NCBI RefSeq assembly: GCF_006345805.1
Contig: NC_042997.1
Coordinates: forward strand, 117,800,001-117,864,000
Direction of reading: 5' to 3'
DNA length: 64,000 nt
Source: Octopus sinensis
Taxonomy: Eukaryota
Shown: piece by piece, positions 11,364 through 24,100 of the stretch
Numbering within the stretch: position 1 is the stretch's first letter
Layout: every line of letters starts with the position of its first letter
Made by a program: the position numbers and the translations under genes
Notes under the pieces: generated by a model
The model's input: only the letters and a program-made list of their open reading frames with translations
Told to the model about the DNA's origin: nothing
The model's database searches: none

Positions 11364-14300
11364 GGCTGTCAAATTCCTTTCGTGAGGTATTAGTTAACTT
11401 TTAGGCCATGGTAGAAGACGGTATCTAACTTAAAAACTCGTGGTTGTGAAGTGAATTTCTTGACTGTAGAGTTATGCTAAACCCAGGTGCATGTAGTCTG
11501 TTAATGATTGGCCCCAAAGGAAAGAAAAGTAAAATATTTTTAGAATTTAAGCTCAGAATATAAAGGAATAATGCTAATGTAATGCATTTAGTCTGATATT
11601 TTACTGGTCATGCCATTTAAATTGACATGCATTTCCCTCTATAATATTTTCTAACGATCGTAGGGCGACCTGCTGTGCTTGAGGAGACCTATTGAGTCAA
11701 GTACATGAACATCAAAATAAAAATCAAATGGAAATTGTAGTTGTGATACCCGTGTCGGTGACGCGTAAAAAACACTATCCGAACGTGGCCGATGCCAGCC
11801 TCCTCTGGCCCCTATGCCGGTGGCACGTAAAAAGCACACTTCACTCACGGAGTGGTTGACTTTAGGAAGGGCAGCCAGCTGTAGAAACACTGCCAGATCA
11901 GACTGGAGCCTGGAGCAGCCTTCTGGCTTCCCAGACCCTGGTCGAACCGTCCAACTCATGCTAGCATGGAAAACAGACGTTAAACGATGATGATGATAAT
12001 GATGATTGTAAATTTTGTGTCACCATCATTCCAGCAGTGTTTTGTTTCCAGTCTTCCAGTAGAATATGTCTAGTCTTGGGGAAATATCACCTTAGGAAAC
12101 TGGTGAGAGTTAGTCACAGGAAGGTCATCCTGTCTGAGAAAATCAACCACAGCAAATTCTGTCCAACCAATGCAAGCATGGAAAAGTAGAAGTTAAAATG
12201 ATAATGAGCCTAGGCATGCAACCAGAAATTTGACGAGAAAAGATTAGTCAATCAAACAACTCTCATATTTTATTTAATCAACTTTGGAGGGATGATCGAC
12301 AAAGTTGACTGAGACAGAATTTGAACTTGGATTCTGAACAACCAAAAAGAAATACTGCAAGGCATTTTCACTGTTTTGAGTGTTAGTCCACTGACCTAAC
12401 ATAGAATCAGTTTTATATCCACAAGACTAGGTGAAGTACCAATTGTTTCTGCTTCACTGGAACAAGCGTATAAATATATCTAATAGATCATACTAAACAT
12501 CAATGCTATCTTATACTTGTTTCAGCCATTAAGCTGTGCCCATGCTGGAGCACCACCTTGAATTTTAGTTGAATGAATCAATTGCAGTACTTCATTTTTT
12601 ATAAGCTTGGCACTTTTACCATCTGCTAAGTTATGGAAGCACATACACACCAACACTGGTTTCAAGTGATGGAGGGGGACAGACAAAGACACATGCTAGG
12701 GACTTCTTTCAGTTTTTTTCAACCAAGTTCACTCACATGGCCTTGGTTGGCCCAAAGTGCCACATAATGGAACTGAACCTGGAACCATGTAGTTGGGAAG
12801 CAAACTTCTTACCATACATCCATACCTGTTCATCTTTGGTCTTTATATATATGTGTGTGTATCGTTAGCTCCTACTCGCATTTTTTTCTCTCCTTGTTTT
12901 TTTCTGTGTATCTTTCTGTCGAAGAGCGTAGGCTCGAAACGTAACAGACTTTTTCTATTTCTATTCCTGAGCGCTATACTAATACATTTGTTTGTTTGTA
13001 CTCCACCTGCCTTCGTCTTTTGTTTATTTTCATAAACTTTCCCGTTTTATATATATATATATATAGTTAATCCAAACAAGAAAACACAAAAAAACACAAC
13101 AACGTGAGGACGTGGAACAAATATAGTATTATTGGACGCTCAGGAGAGAAGGGAAGAAGGAGGGTTTAACATTTCGAGCGGAGCTCTTCGTCGGAAACAT
13201 AGGAGAAGGGAAGACAGGGGGACAAAAATCGCCAACGGTACACACGAGGTCCTCATTTAACGTCCGCTTTCCATGCTAGCATGGGTTGGATGATTTGACT
13301 GAGGACTAGTGAACCAGATGGCTGCACCAGGCTCCAATCTTGTTCTGGCTGAGTATCTACAGCTGGATGCCCTTCCTGATGCCAACTACTCCGAGAGTGT
13401 AGTGGGTGCTTTTATGTGCCACTGGCACGAGGGCCAGTCAGGCAGTACTGGCAACGGCTACACTCAAATGGTGTTTTTTATGTGCCTCCTGCACAGGAGC
13501 CAGTCCAGCGGCACTGGCAATGACCTCGCTCGAATGTTTTTTCACGTGCCACCGGCACAAGTGTCGGTGAGGCGATGCTGGTAACGATCACGCTCGAATG
13601 GTGCTTTTTACATGCCACCAGCACGGAAGCCAGTTAGCTGCTCTGGCAACGATGACACTCAGAGGGCGTTGTTAGTGCTCCACTAGCACAGATGCCAGTC
13701 ATCGAATTTGATTTCGATTTCACTTGCCTCAACAGGTCTTCACGAGCAGAGTTTAGTGTCCAATGAAGGAAAGGGCTGGTTACACCCCTGGCATAGACCA
13801 CAAGGTTATGGACTCATTTGGCTTGCTGGGTCTTCTCAAGCACAGCATATTTCCATAAGTCTCGGTCACTAGTCATTGCCTCAGTGAGGCCTAATGTTCG
13901 AAGGTCATGCTTCACCACTTCGTCCCAGGCCTTCTTGGGTCTACCTCTTCCACAGGTTCCCTCAACTGCTAGGGTGTGGCACTTTTTCACACAGCTTTCC
14001 TCATCCTGTCTTGCACACTACATCTGATGCTTCTTAGGTCCAATTTTTCTCCCTAGATACTTACACTCTGTCAAGTATGCACACTGACATTACGCATCCA
14101 TTGGATCATACGGGTTTCACTCCTTGCGAGCTTACGCATGTCTTCAGCAGTCACGGCCCATGTTTCACTGCCATTCAGCATGGCTGTTTGTACACATGCA
14201 TCATACAGTCTACCTTTTACTCTGAGCGAGAGGCCCTTTGTCACCAGCAGAGGTAGGAGCTCTCTGAACTTTGCCCAGGCTATTCTTATTCTAGCAGCTA

Positions 14301-15131
14301 CACTTTCAGAGCATTCACTCCTGCTACTGACTTGGTCACCTAGTTGACGGAAGCTATCAACTACTACTAGTTTTTCTCCCTGGAATGTGACAGAAGTTGT
14401 TCTCTGCACATTTTCAGTGTTTGTTGCTCCTGAGCATCTGCCACATACAAAACTATCTTCCCAGTTAGCCTTTCTTTGATATTGCTGCACCTCTTGTGTG
14501 TCCATAGCTTGCACTGGGTACATCTTACAGGGTTTCTACCTATGCCTTTTCTACAGATCAAGCAGGGCCATCTACCTGAAGGGATTTGTGGTTTGCCTGC
14601 CTTCCTACTTATTAGGACTATGGTTTTAGCTAGGTTGACTCTAAGGCCCTTCAATTCTAATCATTGCTTCCACACCTGAAACTGCTTGAGTTCTGATACA
14701 TTCCATCTTCTGTCTTTTATTTGTTATATATACTTATATACACACATGCACACTATAAGAAAGAATAAGAGTAATTGTGGTATCACATTATACCCTGGTA
14801 ACAAATTATGCAAAAAGAATTTCAGGAGAAACAATATCCTGAAATACTAAATATCTGCAATAGGGATGTAAGCAGAAGATGGGGGTGCTTATTTCTTGTG
14901 GATTTTGCACTCACATATTCTTTTACCTGTTTCAGTCATTTGACTGCGACCATGCCACGGTACCGCCATTGGTCAAACAAATTGGCCCCAGGACTTTTCC
15001 TTTGTGAGTTTAGTACTTATTCTATCTATCTCTTTTGCCGAGCTGCTAAGTTACAAGGATGCAAACAAACCAACATCAGTTGTCAAACAATGGTGGGGGG
15101 GACAAACACAGACACACAAATAAATACATAC

Positions 15132-15167
<36 letters not shown>

Positions 15168-18100
15168 GCACATTTCAGTTTCTGCCTGCCAAATCCATTT
15201 ACAAGACTTTAGTCGACCTGAGTCTATAATAGGTGCCCAATGTGCTATGCGGTAGGACTGAACCCAGAACCATGTGGTTGGGAAGCAAGCTTACCACACA
15301 GCCACTCCTGCGCCTATATATATAGGCATATGCGTGGGGTAGGTTGCAGAGGCATTTTACTGTGGCATGAAAATGAAAACCTTTGAATCTCATCATTTCA
15401 GTTTCAGTCTAACTGCACAGCACCAAGTCTTTCATATGTGTGTTCTTTGAATATGCGTAAGTGTTGACATCTCACAGATTCACTTGAAACTGAGACATGT
15501 TTACATTTAACAACAATATTGTGGTTGATTGCTCTCCACCTTCAAAAGGCTTGTGGATTAACTCTCTTGCTTGAAAAACTAGTGTAAGCATTCAACCAGC
15601 ATTAAAATTTTTCCTCAAATATGCCCTAACCAATTCTTGTTACCAAGTGAAATCAAAATCAAATTTGATGACTGGCATCCGTGCTAGTGGAGCACTAAGA
15701 GTACCATCCGAGTGTGCTCGTTGCCAGAGCAACAAGCTGGCCTCCGTGCTGATGGCATGTAAAAAGCACTATTCGAGCATGATCGTTACCTGCGTCGCCT
15801 TACTGGCACTTGTGCTGGTGGCATACAAAAGAACATTTGAGCGAGGTCATTGCCAGTGCTGCTGGACTGGCTCCTGTGCAGGTGGCACATAAAAAGCACC
15901 ATTTGAGTGGCCGTTGCCAGTACCGCCTGACTGGCCCTCATGCTGGTGGCACATAAAAACACCCACTACACTCTTGGAGTGGTTGGCATTAGGAAGGGCA
16001 TCCAGCTGTAGAAACTCTGCCAGATCAGATTGGAGTTTGGTGCAGCTATCTAGTTCGCCAGACCTCAGTCAAATCGTCCAACCCATACAAGCATGGAAAG
16101 CAGGCGTTAAACGATGATGATGATTGCAAAACCCTTTAAACTAGTGTGTGTGTGTGTACATATACGTACAAGAGTTAAGGAATGGAGTTGATTAGATCTG
16201 GGCTACATATGTTTCGTAACGAGCAAAACCTCGGAAGTGGTAAATATCCAGGCTAGCTGTATACCGTAGGCTACTTGAGGTACTTGTTAACATGTGGAAG
16301 ACTCAACAAGAATGTGTGTTGATATATGTGTTCACACATAAATATATATTTATTTCTTTATTACCCATATGGGGGCTAAACATAGAGGGGACAGACAAGG
16401 ACAAAGTAATTAAGTCGATTACATCAACCCCAGTGCGTAACTGGTACTTATTTAATCGAGCCTGAAAGGATGAAAGGCAAAGTGGAGTTTGAACTCAGAA
16501 ACGTGACGGCAGATGAAATACCACCCAGCTTGCCGCCCTTGCATGCATATATTAACACACCAATGTTTAAAAATAGCTTCCTAGCTTATTGTTTAATTCT
16601 AGGCCAACTTGCATTCAAGCTTTATATTTTTTTTTTTTTTAAAGATAGTGTATTCTGGTCCTAGGACTGAATTTTCTAGTGTCCTCCTTTAAAGACGGAA
16701 GGCTCTTGTTTTAGGGACATTTAGTTGCTATTTCTAGCAATCTGAGTGCGCATATAAAAATTTCCTTATTACTGTTATATAAAAAAAAATTATTTATTTG
16801 TTAATTCAGATGGCTTTCTGGGCTCTTTTTTAGTTTGGTGAAATAATGGGGTAAAGTTTAATAGATTTGATGTGGTTTGTAATTTTATAGAGAGTAATAA
16901 ATAATTTTTGGTTCTATGGAATGTGATTTTTAAATAGCCCATGAGTAAAAGACAGTCAGAGTAGAAGAAAGTGTCAGTGGCATGGATTTGTTGAAGGTGG
17001 ACTTGCCAGGAAGTGACCCACACTCTGGGTTTCATGTCCTTCCCCTGTGCCACATATAGAATGAAACATGCAGGATCCAGTTATGAAGCTGCAACAGATT
17101 GCTGTTGATTTGGTTATGGTTTTTGAGTGATGCCTTCTGTAGCATGTCCATGCACAGCCTGCTTGTCTCCTATTGGGATCTTTGGGAGATGGTCACACTT
17201 AGTCTGGCTCCTCATCCTTGACCTTGCTGCCAAGTGTGTCCCTACCAAAAGTTTAGAACTCCTAATGGCATTGCTCTCAGTGTCATTGGTCCATACAAGC
17301 CCCTCTGGTAAATTTTGGTACTTTCACCCTAAAAAAAATCTGAGGTTTTTTTTTTTTTTTTATCTTAGTGAAAATCGTGCAAGTGAAAGTAACAAATAAT
17401 ACTGCCCCTTCACCACATCAAGCAGCAGCCATCAGAGGGGAGCCTATGAACCCTATTGTTTTTATGTGCAATTCTGGAAATTTCATTGCAGTGGCTAAGT
17501 CAGAACTACGAGAGTCCAGTAGTTGTACTTATTTAATACTAGCAGTATCGCCTGGCGTTGCTCGGGTTTCTTTCGACCCTTTAGAATTGGAATTTTTGAA
17601 AAGTAAAAATTTTGCATTATGTAGCTTGTTATTCTCTTTAAGTGAACATTTTTCTGGTTGAAATACACCGAAAAATGGCGACACAGCAGTAAAAAAATTG
17701 TAAAAAAATTGGGATTTTCATAGAAAAAAAGCACCTTTTCGATGTAAATAACTTTTGGTGTTAACATGGTCCGATTTGAATTTTATCTTCTACGGAAGGA
17801 AGAGCAAACTTTCTATCATACTCTCAATTTTGGTCAACTTGCACCGCAGGGTCTCGGACGAAATAGTGTTAGTTGAAGGCTACCAAACTGGTGCAGAGGT
17901 TTCTACTGCATGGATTGATACTTGAAATCTATAACCCAATTTTTAGCTATTTGTCCTTTTGTTTATGCTGTGTTAATGGAGAGAGAGAAAGAGACATGTC
18001 ATTGTTCTGGCTATAGGAAACAACCTAATTATGTCATAATAATAGCTCTTTTACAGCACTTCCTTTATTCAAACAATGACCACTTCAGTGCTGTAGTTGT

Positions 18101-21100
18101 GTTAAATTCCTCAGAGCTGTACCATATTTACTCCGTTTTTAGTATTTTCAACCGAAGGGAAAAGTATTTTTAAGTAATCTAAGGACTTCTAAGTATGATT
18201 TTAGTGGACATTTAAGAATTTTATCATTTTGTTCAATGGTGCTCCTCTCTCTAATTCTTTCATATATTATTGACTTGACCTATATATATATTTTTTTTTT
18301 TTTTTGTCCTTCTGGCATTGGTTTGGATGAAGCATTATTTGGAGTGGGATTTTAGTTTGAAGTTCTTCCTGCCACCAACCCTTACTTGTATTCACAACAC
18401 TGACCAGCTGGCAGAATCATTCGCACGCTGGGCAAATTGCTGTTAAGCATTTTGTCCATCCTTATAGTCTGAGGTCACCTTTGTCTTCCCTCTTTTCAGT
18501 GGGGGTCAATGTAATCGACTCTCTCCCTCCTCTGAAACTGCTGGCCTTGTGCCAAAATTTGGAACCAATATCATTACCATTTTGCTCAAACAAAGACAAG
18601 CATATAAATGCACATACACACAAAAGAGGTGTCTTGCAGTTCCCATCCACTAAATCCCTTCATATACAATTGTTTGACCCAGAGCTATAATAGCCAAAAT
18701 GCTACACAGTGGGATTGAGCCCTAAAACTACATGATTGCCAAGCAAACTTCTTAACCACAAACCCATGTAAAATGTATTTTATAATTGTATTTTTTTTTT
18801 TGTAGCAGTTAATTCCTTATTCAAACATCAAGAAATTGTTCTTCAGATTGTTTGTTTGTTTTTCTTTTCACTGTAGGTCGTAATATTGAGAATGGAGAGT
18901 GCCAGCCAAATCAAGAGCATACTCCTCCAAGTGCCCTTTTGACCCCAGATTCTTCACCCAGTAGTAGTATTGCCTCATATGAAAAGCCTGATCTGTACAC
19001 CATTGATCCTGGGAACCCCACAAACACAGAAAATGGCAATACCCACAATCCATTGCTATTGCTCAAGTCACCTTCAAACAAGCCTTCCAGGAAAAAAAAA
19101 GGCCGTACAAAAAAGCGCCGAGTTGTTTCAACACATCGAAATTCATTGTCACCTAAGCAAAAGCCAAAAACATCGACCCGGCAAAAGTAAGTGTTTTTTG
19201 GTTGTTTGTTGTTGTTTCAGCCATTGGATTGTGACCATGCTGGGGTACCACCATGAAGTGTTTCTAATTGAACAGATTGACTCTAGTGTTTATTTTTGCT
19301 TAAGTCTGGTATCTATTGGCCTTTTTTTGCCAAACTAATTTATGGAAATGTAAACAAACCAACATTGGTTTAGAAGACACTTGTCCAAGGTGCTGTGCTG
19401 TGAGACTGAACCCAAAACCATGTGGTTGCAGAGTAAGTTTCTTGACCACACAGCCATTCCTGCACCTGTTTGTGTTGCAAATATTCTGTCTGCTTTTTGA
19501 TACTTCAAGGAAAAATCTTAAAATGAACTTTTCTTTTCTCTCCTTTGCACATTTGTAATCATCCAATTATGTTACAGACTTCTGTATGCTTGCCCTGCAA
19601 GAAACAGCAGCCAGACCTCCATGGGGATCATATACCTCACCACCACTGTCTCAAAAAGTGAAGGATGCATTCATCATCATCATTTAACATCCGTTGTCCG
19701 TGCTGGCATAGGTTAGACAGTTTGACTGGGCTGGCATGCAGGAAGGCTGCACCAGACTCCAGTTTGATTTGGCATGGTTTTCTATGGCTGGATTCCCTTC
19801 ATAAAACCAGCTACTCCAGAGTGTAATGGGTGCTTTTATGTGCCACCTGCACAGGTGTCAATTTGTGTGACACCGGTATCTTCCACAACTGCAATTTTGC
19901 TAAGTTTGATGAGTCTTCTTCTCAAGCACAATATAATGCCAAAGACCTTGGTCATTACCTTCATGAGGCCCATCACTCAAAAGGAACTCATCCACCTTGC
20001 TTCCATGAGGCCCATTGAGCCTGTCCTGTAAGCTAAACTATAACCAGTTAAAGGTTGTGTAAGAAGCACCTGTGCTGGTACCACATATACAGCACTCAGT
20101 CCACTCTATAAAGTGGTTTGATTTAGGAAGGGCATCCAGCCATAGAAACCATGCCAAAATAGACTTTTGGAGCCTGGTGGAGCTCTCCTACTGGCCAGCT
20201 CTGGTCAAACTGTCCAACCCAAGACAGCATAGAAAATGAATGTTAAATGACAGAGATGATGTGTATATCAGCTGGTGCTTTGTTGTACTCAAGAAGACCC
20301 ATCTTCCACAGCAGAAGTGTGAAGGGCACCCCCACCCCCTAGTGAAGCAGGTTGGCCTGCAAGAGTCATGTGTCAGTGCCATGTTAAAAGCACCTAGCAC
20401 TCACTGTAAAGTGGTTGGCGTTATGAAGGGCATCCAACCATAGAAACCTAGACCAGCGCTCCAACTTGCCAGTTCTGATCAACCCATCCAACCCATGCCA
20501 GCATGGAAAATGGATGTTAATCCTTTAGCATTCAGATTCCTTTGTCAAATGTAATAGCTGTTTATTCACATTTTATAAAATCAATCCTGTATTCTCATAG
20601 CTTCAAGGTTTATTTTTAGAATCATGTTGCAGGGTAAGTGTCAGAGGCTAGATTTGGCCACCTGGAGATAAAACCAGTAGAATATTTGGGCCAAGCATGG
20701 CTGTTTTAAATGCTAAAAGGTTAAAGAATGATGATGGTGTGGATGTTTGCCAGACATTGCTCTTTATGAATTAACAATGTATTTGTGCAGTGACAATAAA
20801 GGTAACCACAGTAGAGCTGTTTTTGTTTAGTTTCAAATGAACCCTAACCAAGCAGGCTGACAATCAAAACCTTCCATCCATACCTATCTCCTATAATCAA
20901 TATACCCAAAGATACAGTAGAATATCTAATCCTTTGTATTGTCTTCTGTTTTTCTAAAATGTAAAGGTGGGTGTGGCTTGATGTGATTTTAGCTGCTATT
21001 TCTAGCAATCAAATGATCGTACTGAGTCAAAACTAATATTGTAAGGGGTTGCTTAGTTAAGTTGATTACCACATGATATATAGTAACAATTTCTGTAGCA

Positions 21101-24100
21101 ACATTGCATTATTTTTATCTTGATTTATTTCAGTCTGGATCACATTAACTCTTTTGTTACCAAACTAGCTCTGGCTCTGAGTAGAAATGTCTTGTTTTCA
21201 TGAGTTTTGAATTAAAATCTTCCACCAAACCTTAGTTACAATTTATGTTCCTAATACTAGGTTTCGTTTTTGGATTTGGTTTGCAAGATTCTTTATGTGA
21301 GTTTGTGTGTTGAAGCATATTCTGTTGTGTCTGGGGAGAGTCATTTTCTTTTCGTGCCTTATAATATAACACACTCACCAGTAAAATTAAAATTTTTTTC
21401 TTATTTTTATTTTCCTAAAATTTTCGTTGTGTCTTGCAACCTTTTCAATAGTTTTGACTCTCTTAGTGATGGTGGGTGGTCTTCCTCTCTGTGACATGGT
21501 GGGGCAGAATTTACTAACATCAGAGTCAAAACTATTGAAAAGGTTGCAAGACGCAACGAAAATTTTAGGAAAATAAAAATAAGGAATAAGTGCAAATTTT
21601 ACCAGTGAGTGTGTTACATTATAAGACACAAAAAGAAAATGACTCTCTCCAGACACAATAGGATAACTAGGTTATTATACTAAATTCTTTGTTATATTTA
21701 AAATAATTGAAAGAAACACAGAGCATCTCAAAATAAATACAGTAACGAAAGGAGTAATAACAAAAGTAGATTAAACAGATTGCAGTATAGTGGCTGTTCA
21801 TTTTAATTTGCCATCTTCAGCAGCTGATTTATTGAGTTAGTAAGATCCCTTTCATCTGAAGCTTTGTGTAAGTGGTGACATGTGGCTTAGGGATTAAGGT
21901 GTTGGGGTCCTCATTGTATGATTGTGGTTTCAATTCCTGCACTAGCTGATACGTTGTGCTCTTGAAGAAAACCCTTCATTTCATGTTGCTCCAGTCCACT
22001 CACCTAGCAAAAATGAGTAACCCTGCAATGGATCAGCATCCCGTCCAGGGGTAATGTATATGCCACAGAAACTGGGACATTGGCCCTATGAACCTGTATA
22101 GAGAAGAAGCTCTGTGCAAGTTGGCATGTATGACTAGATCTGCCTCAAAAATAGCAATTCCTTTGGTATTTCCTGCCTGGTTAAGTCGTCATCATCATCA
22201 TAATTTAGACCTGCTTTTCCATGTTTGCATAGGTTGGATGGTTTATTGAGGCTGATTTTCTACGGCTGGATGCCCTTCCTGTTGCCAGCTCTGACTTTCC
22301 AAGCAAGCTAGTATTTCCTTGCAGCCAGATGTGTTTTTCATAGACTAAGACAAACACTGCCTGTTTGATGTTCATTTACAACCATCACATGATGTCATTG
22401 ACCAGATCCAAATCTACTCGCAAAGCTGAGGCTATGGTAAAATACACTTGCCTAGGGTACTACGCAGTGGGACTGAACCCTGTACCACAAGGTTACAAAG
22501 CAGCTAACTTAACCACATAGCCACTCCTGCACTTATATGCATCCTTACGTATACATGCACTTACACACACACAAATCAGTGTATGGATATATATGTATAT
22601 ATATATATTATCATCATCGTTTAACATCTGTTTTCCATGCTAGCATGGGTTGGATGGTTTGACCGGGGTCTGGGAAGCCAGGAGGCTGCACCAAGCACCA
22701 GTCTGATCTGGCAGTGTTTCTACAACTAGATACCCTTCCTAACGCTAACCACTCAGTGAGTGTAGTGGGTGCTTTTTACATGCCACTGGCACAGGTGGCA
22801 AGGGAGGTTGGCAACGGCCACGATCGGTTGGTGCTTCTGTTATTCCCTGCATCACTGTCTGTTTTATTTCAATCTCCTCTCACATTGATAACATTGTTCC
22901 TCCCATCATACTTTCACTTCTCTCACCATTTCAACCACAGCTCAGTTCCTGCCATCACCACTTCTGTTTCCCCTCTTCAGATTGTGGAGAGTCTCTTCAG
23001 CTTTGCAAGATAAGGTAGACTTCACTAGTGCTGGACCTATAGATCATCATCATCATCATCATCATTTAATGTCCATTTTCCATGCTGTCATGGGTTGGAC
23101 TGTTTGACAAGAGCTGACTAGGCGGAGGGCTGCACCTGGCTCCAGTCATCTGTTTGGCGTGGTTTCTAAACACCAACCCACTGGTGATGACAAAGGAATT
23201 CTTTCTATATACTAATGAACACCCACTGTGGAGGATAGAAGCAACCCCAGTGGTGAGGCATATATGTAGAATGGATGATATGATCCACATGTTGTGTTTG
23301 ACCTGTGTTTCCATGTGCACTTGGGGCAAAGTGCATAGCTGCATTTCATCTGTCTTTACATTCTAGGTTCAAATTCCACCAAGGTTGACTTTGCCTTTCG
23401 TCCATTCAGGATCAATAAAATAAGTATGGGTGGAACATAGGGTTCAATATAATCAACTGGCCTTGTGCCAGAAATTGAAATCAAACACTGTAAGCTGCAT
23501 ATATATTATCTTAAAATACTGTATTTAGTGCTAAAATCTCAGATTTGTTCCCATGTAGAACTGAATGGGTTGTAGTTACATTAACTATAGACAGTTCATC
23601 ACCGTTTAACGTCCACTTTCCATGCTGGCATGGCTTGGGCAGTTTGACTGATGACTGGCAAGCCTGTAGGCTGTACCAGGCTCCAATCTGTTCTGGCAAG
23701 GTTTTTACAGCTGGATGCCCTTCCTAACAATAACCACTCCAAGAGTGTAGTGGGTGCTTTCACATGCCACCAGCAAGAGGGCTAGTCAGGCAACGACCAC
23801 GCTCAAATGGTGTTTTTACGTGTCACATGCGCAGGAGCCAGTCCAACGGCACTGGCAACGCCCTTACTCGAATGTTGTGAGGCCTAATGTCTGATGGTCA
23901 TGCTTCACCACCTCATCCCAGGTCTTCCTGGGTCTACCTCTTCCACAGTTTCCCTCAACCGCTAGGGTGTTACACTTTTTCACACAGCTATCCTCATCCA
24001 TTTGCACCACATGATCATACCAGCGCAGTCGCCTCTCTTGCACACCACATCTGATGTTTCTTAGTTCCAACTTTTCTCTCAAGGCACTTACACTCTGTTG

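Noticed and set aside
17369-17520. Extra KMT5A exon (strong poly-T acceptor, open frame KIVQVKVTNN...)
   Set aside because: No convincing donor in phase 1 to join exon 18877; the frame runs into a Helitron.
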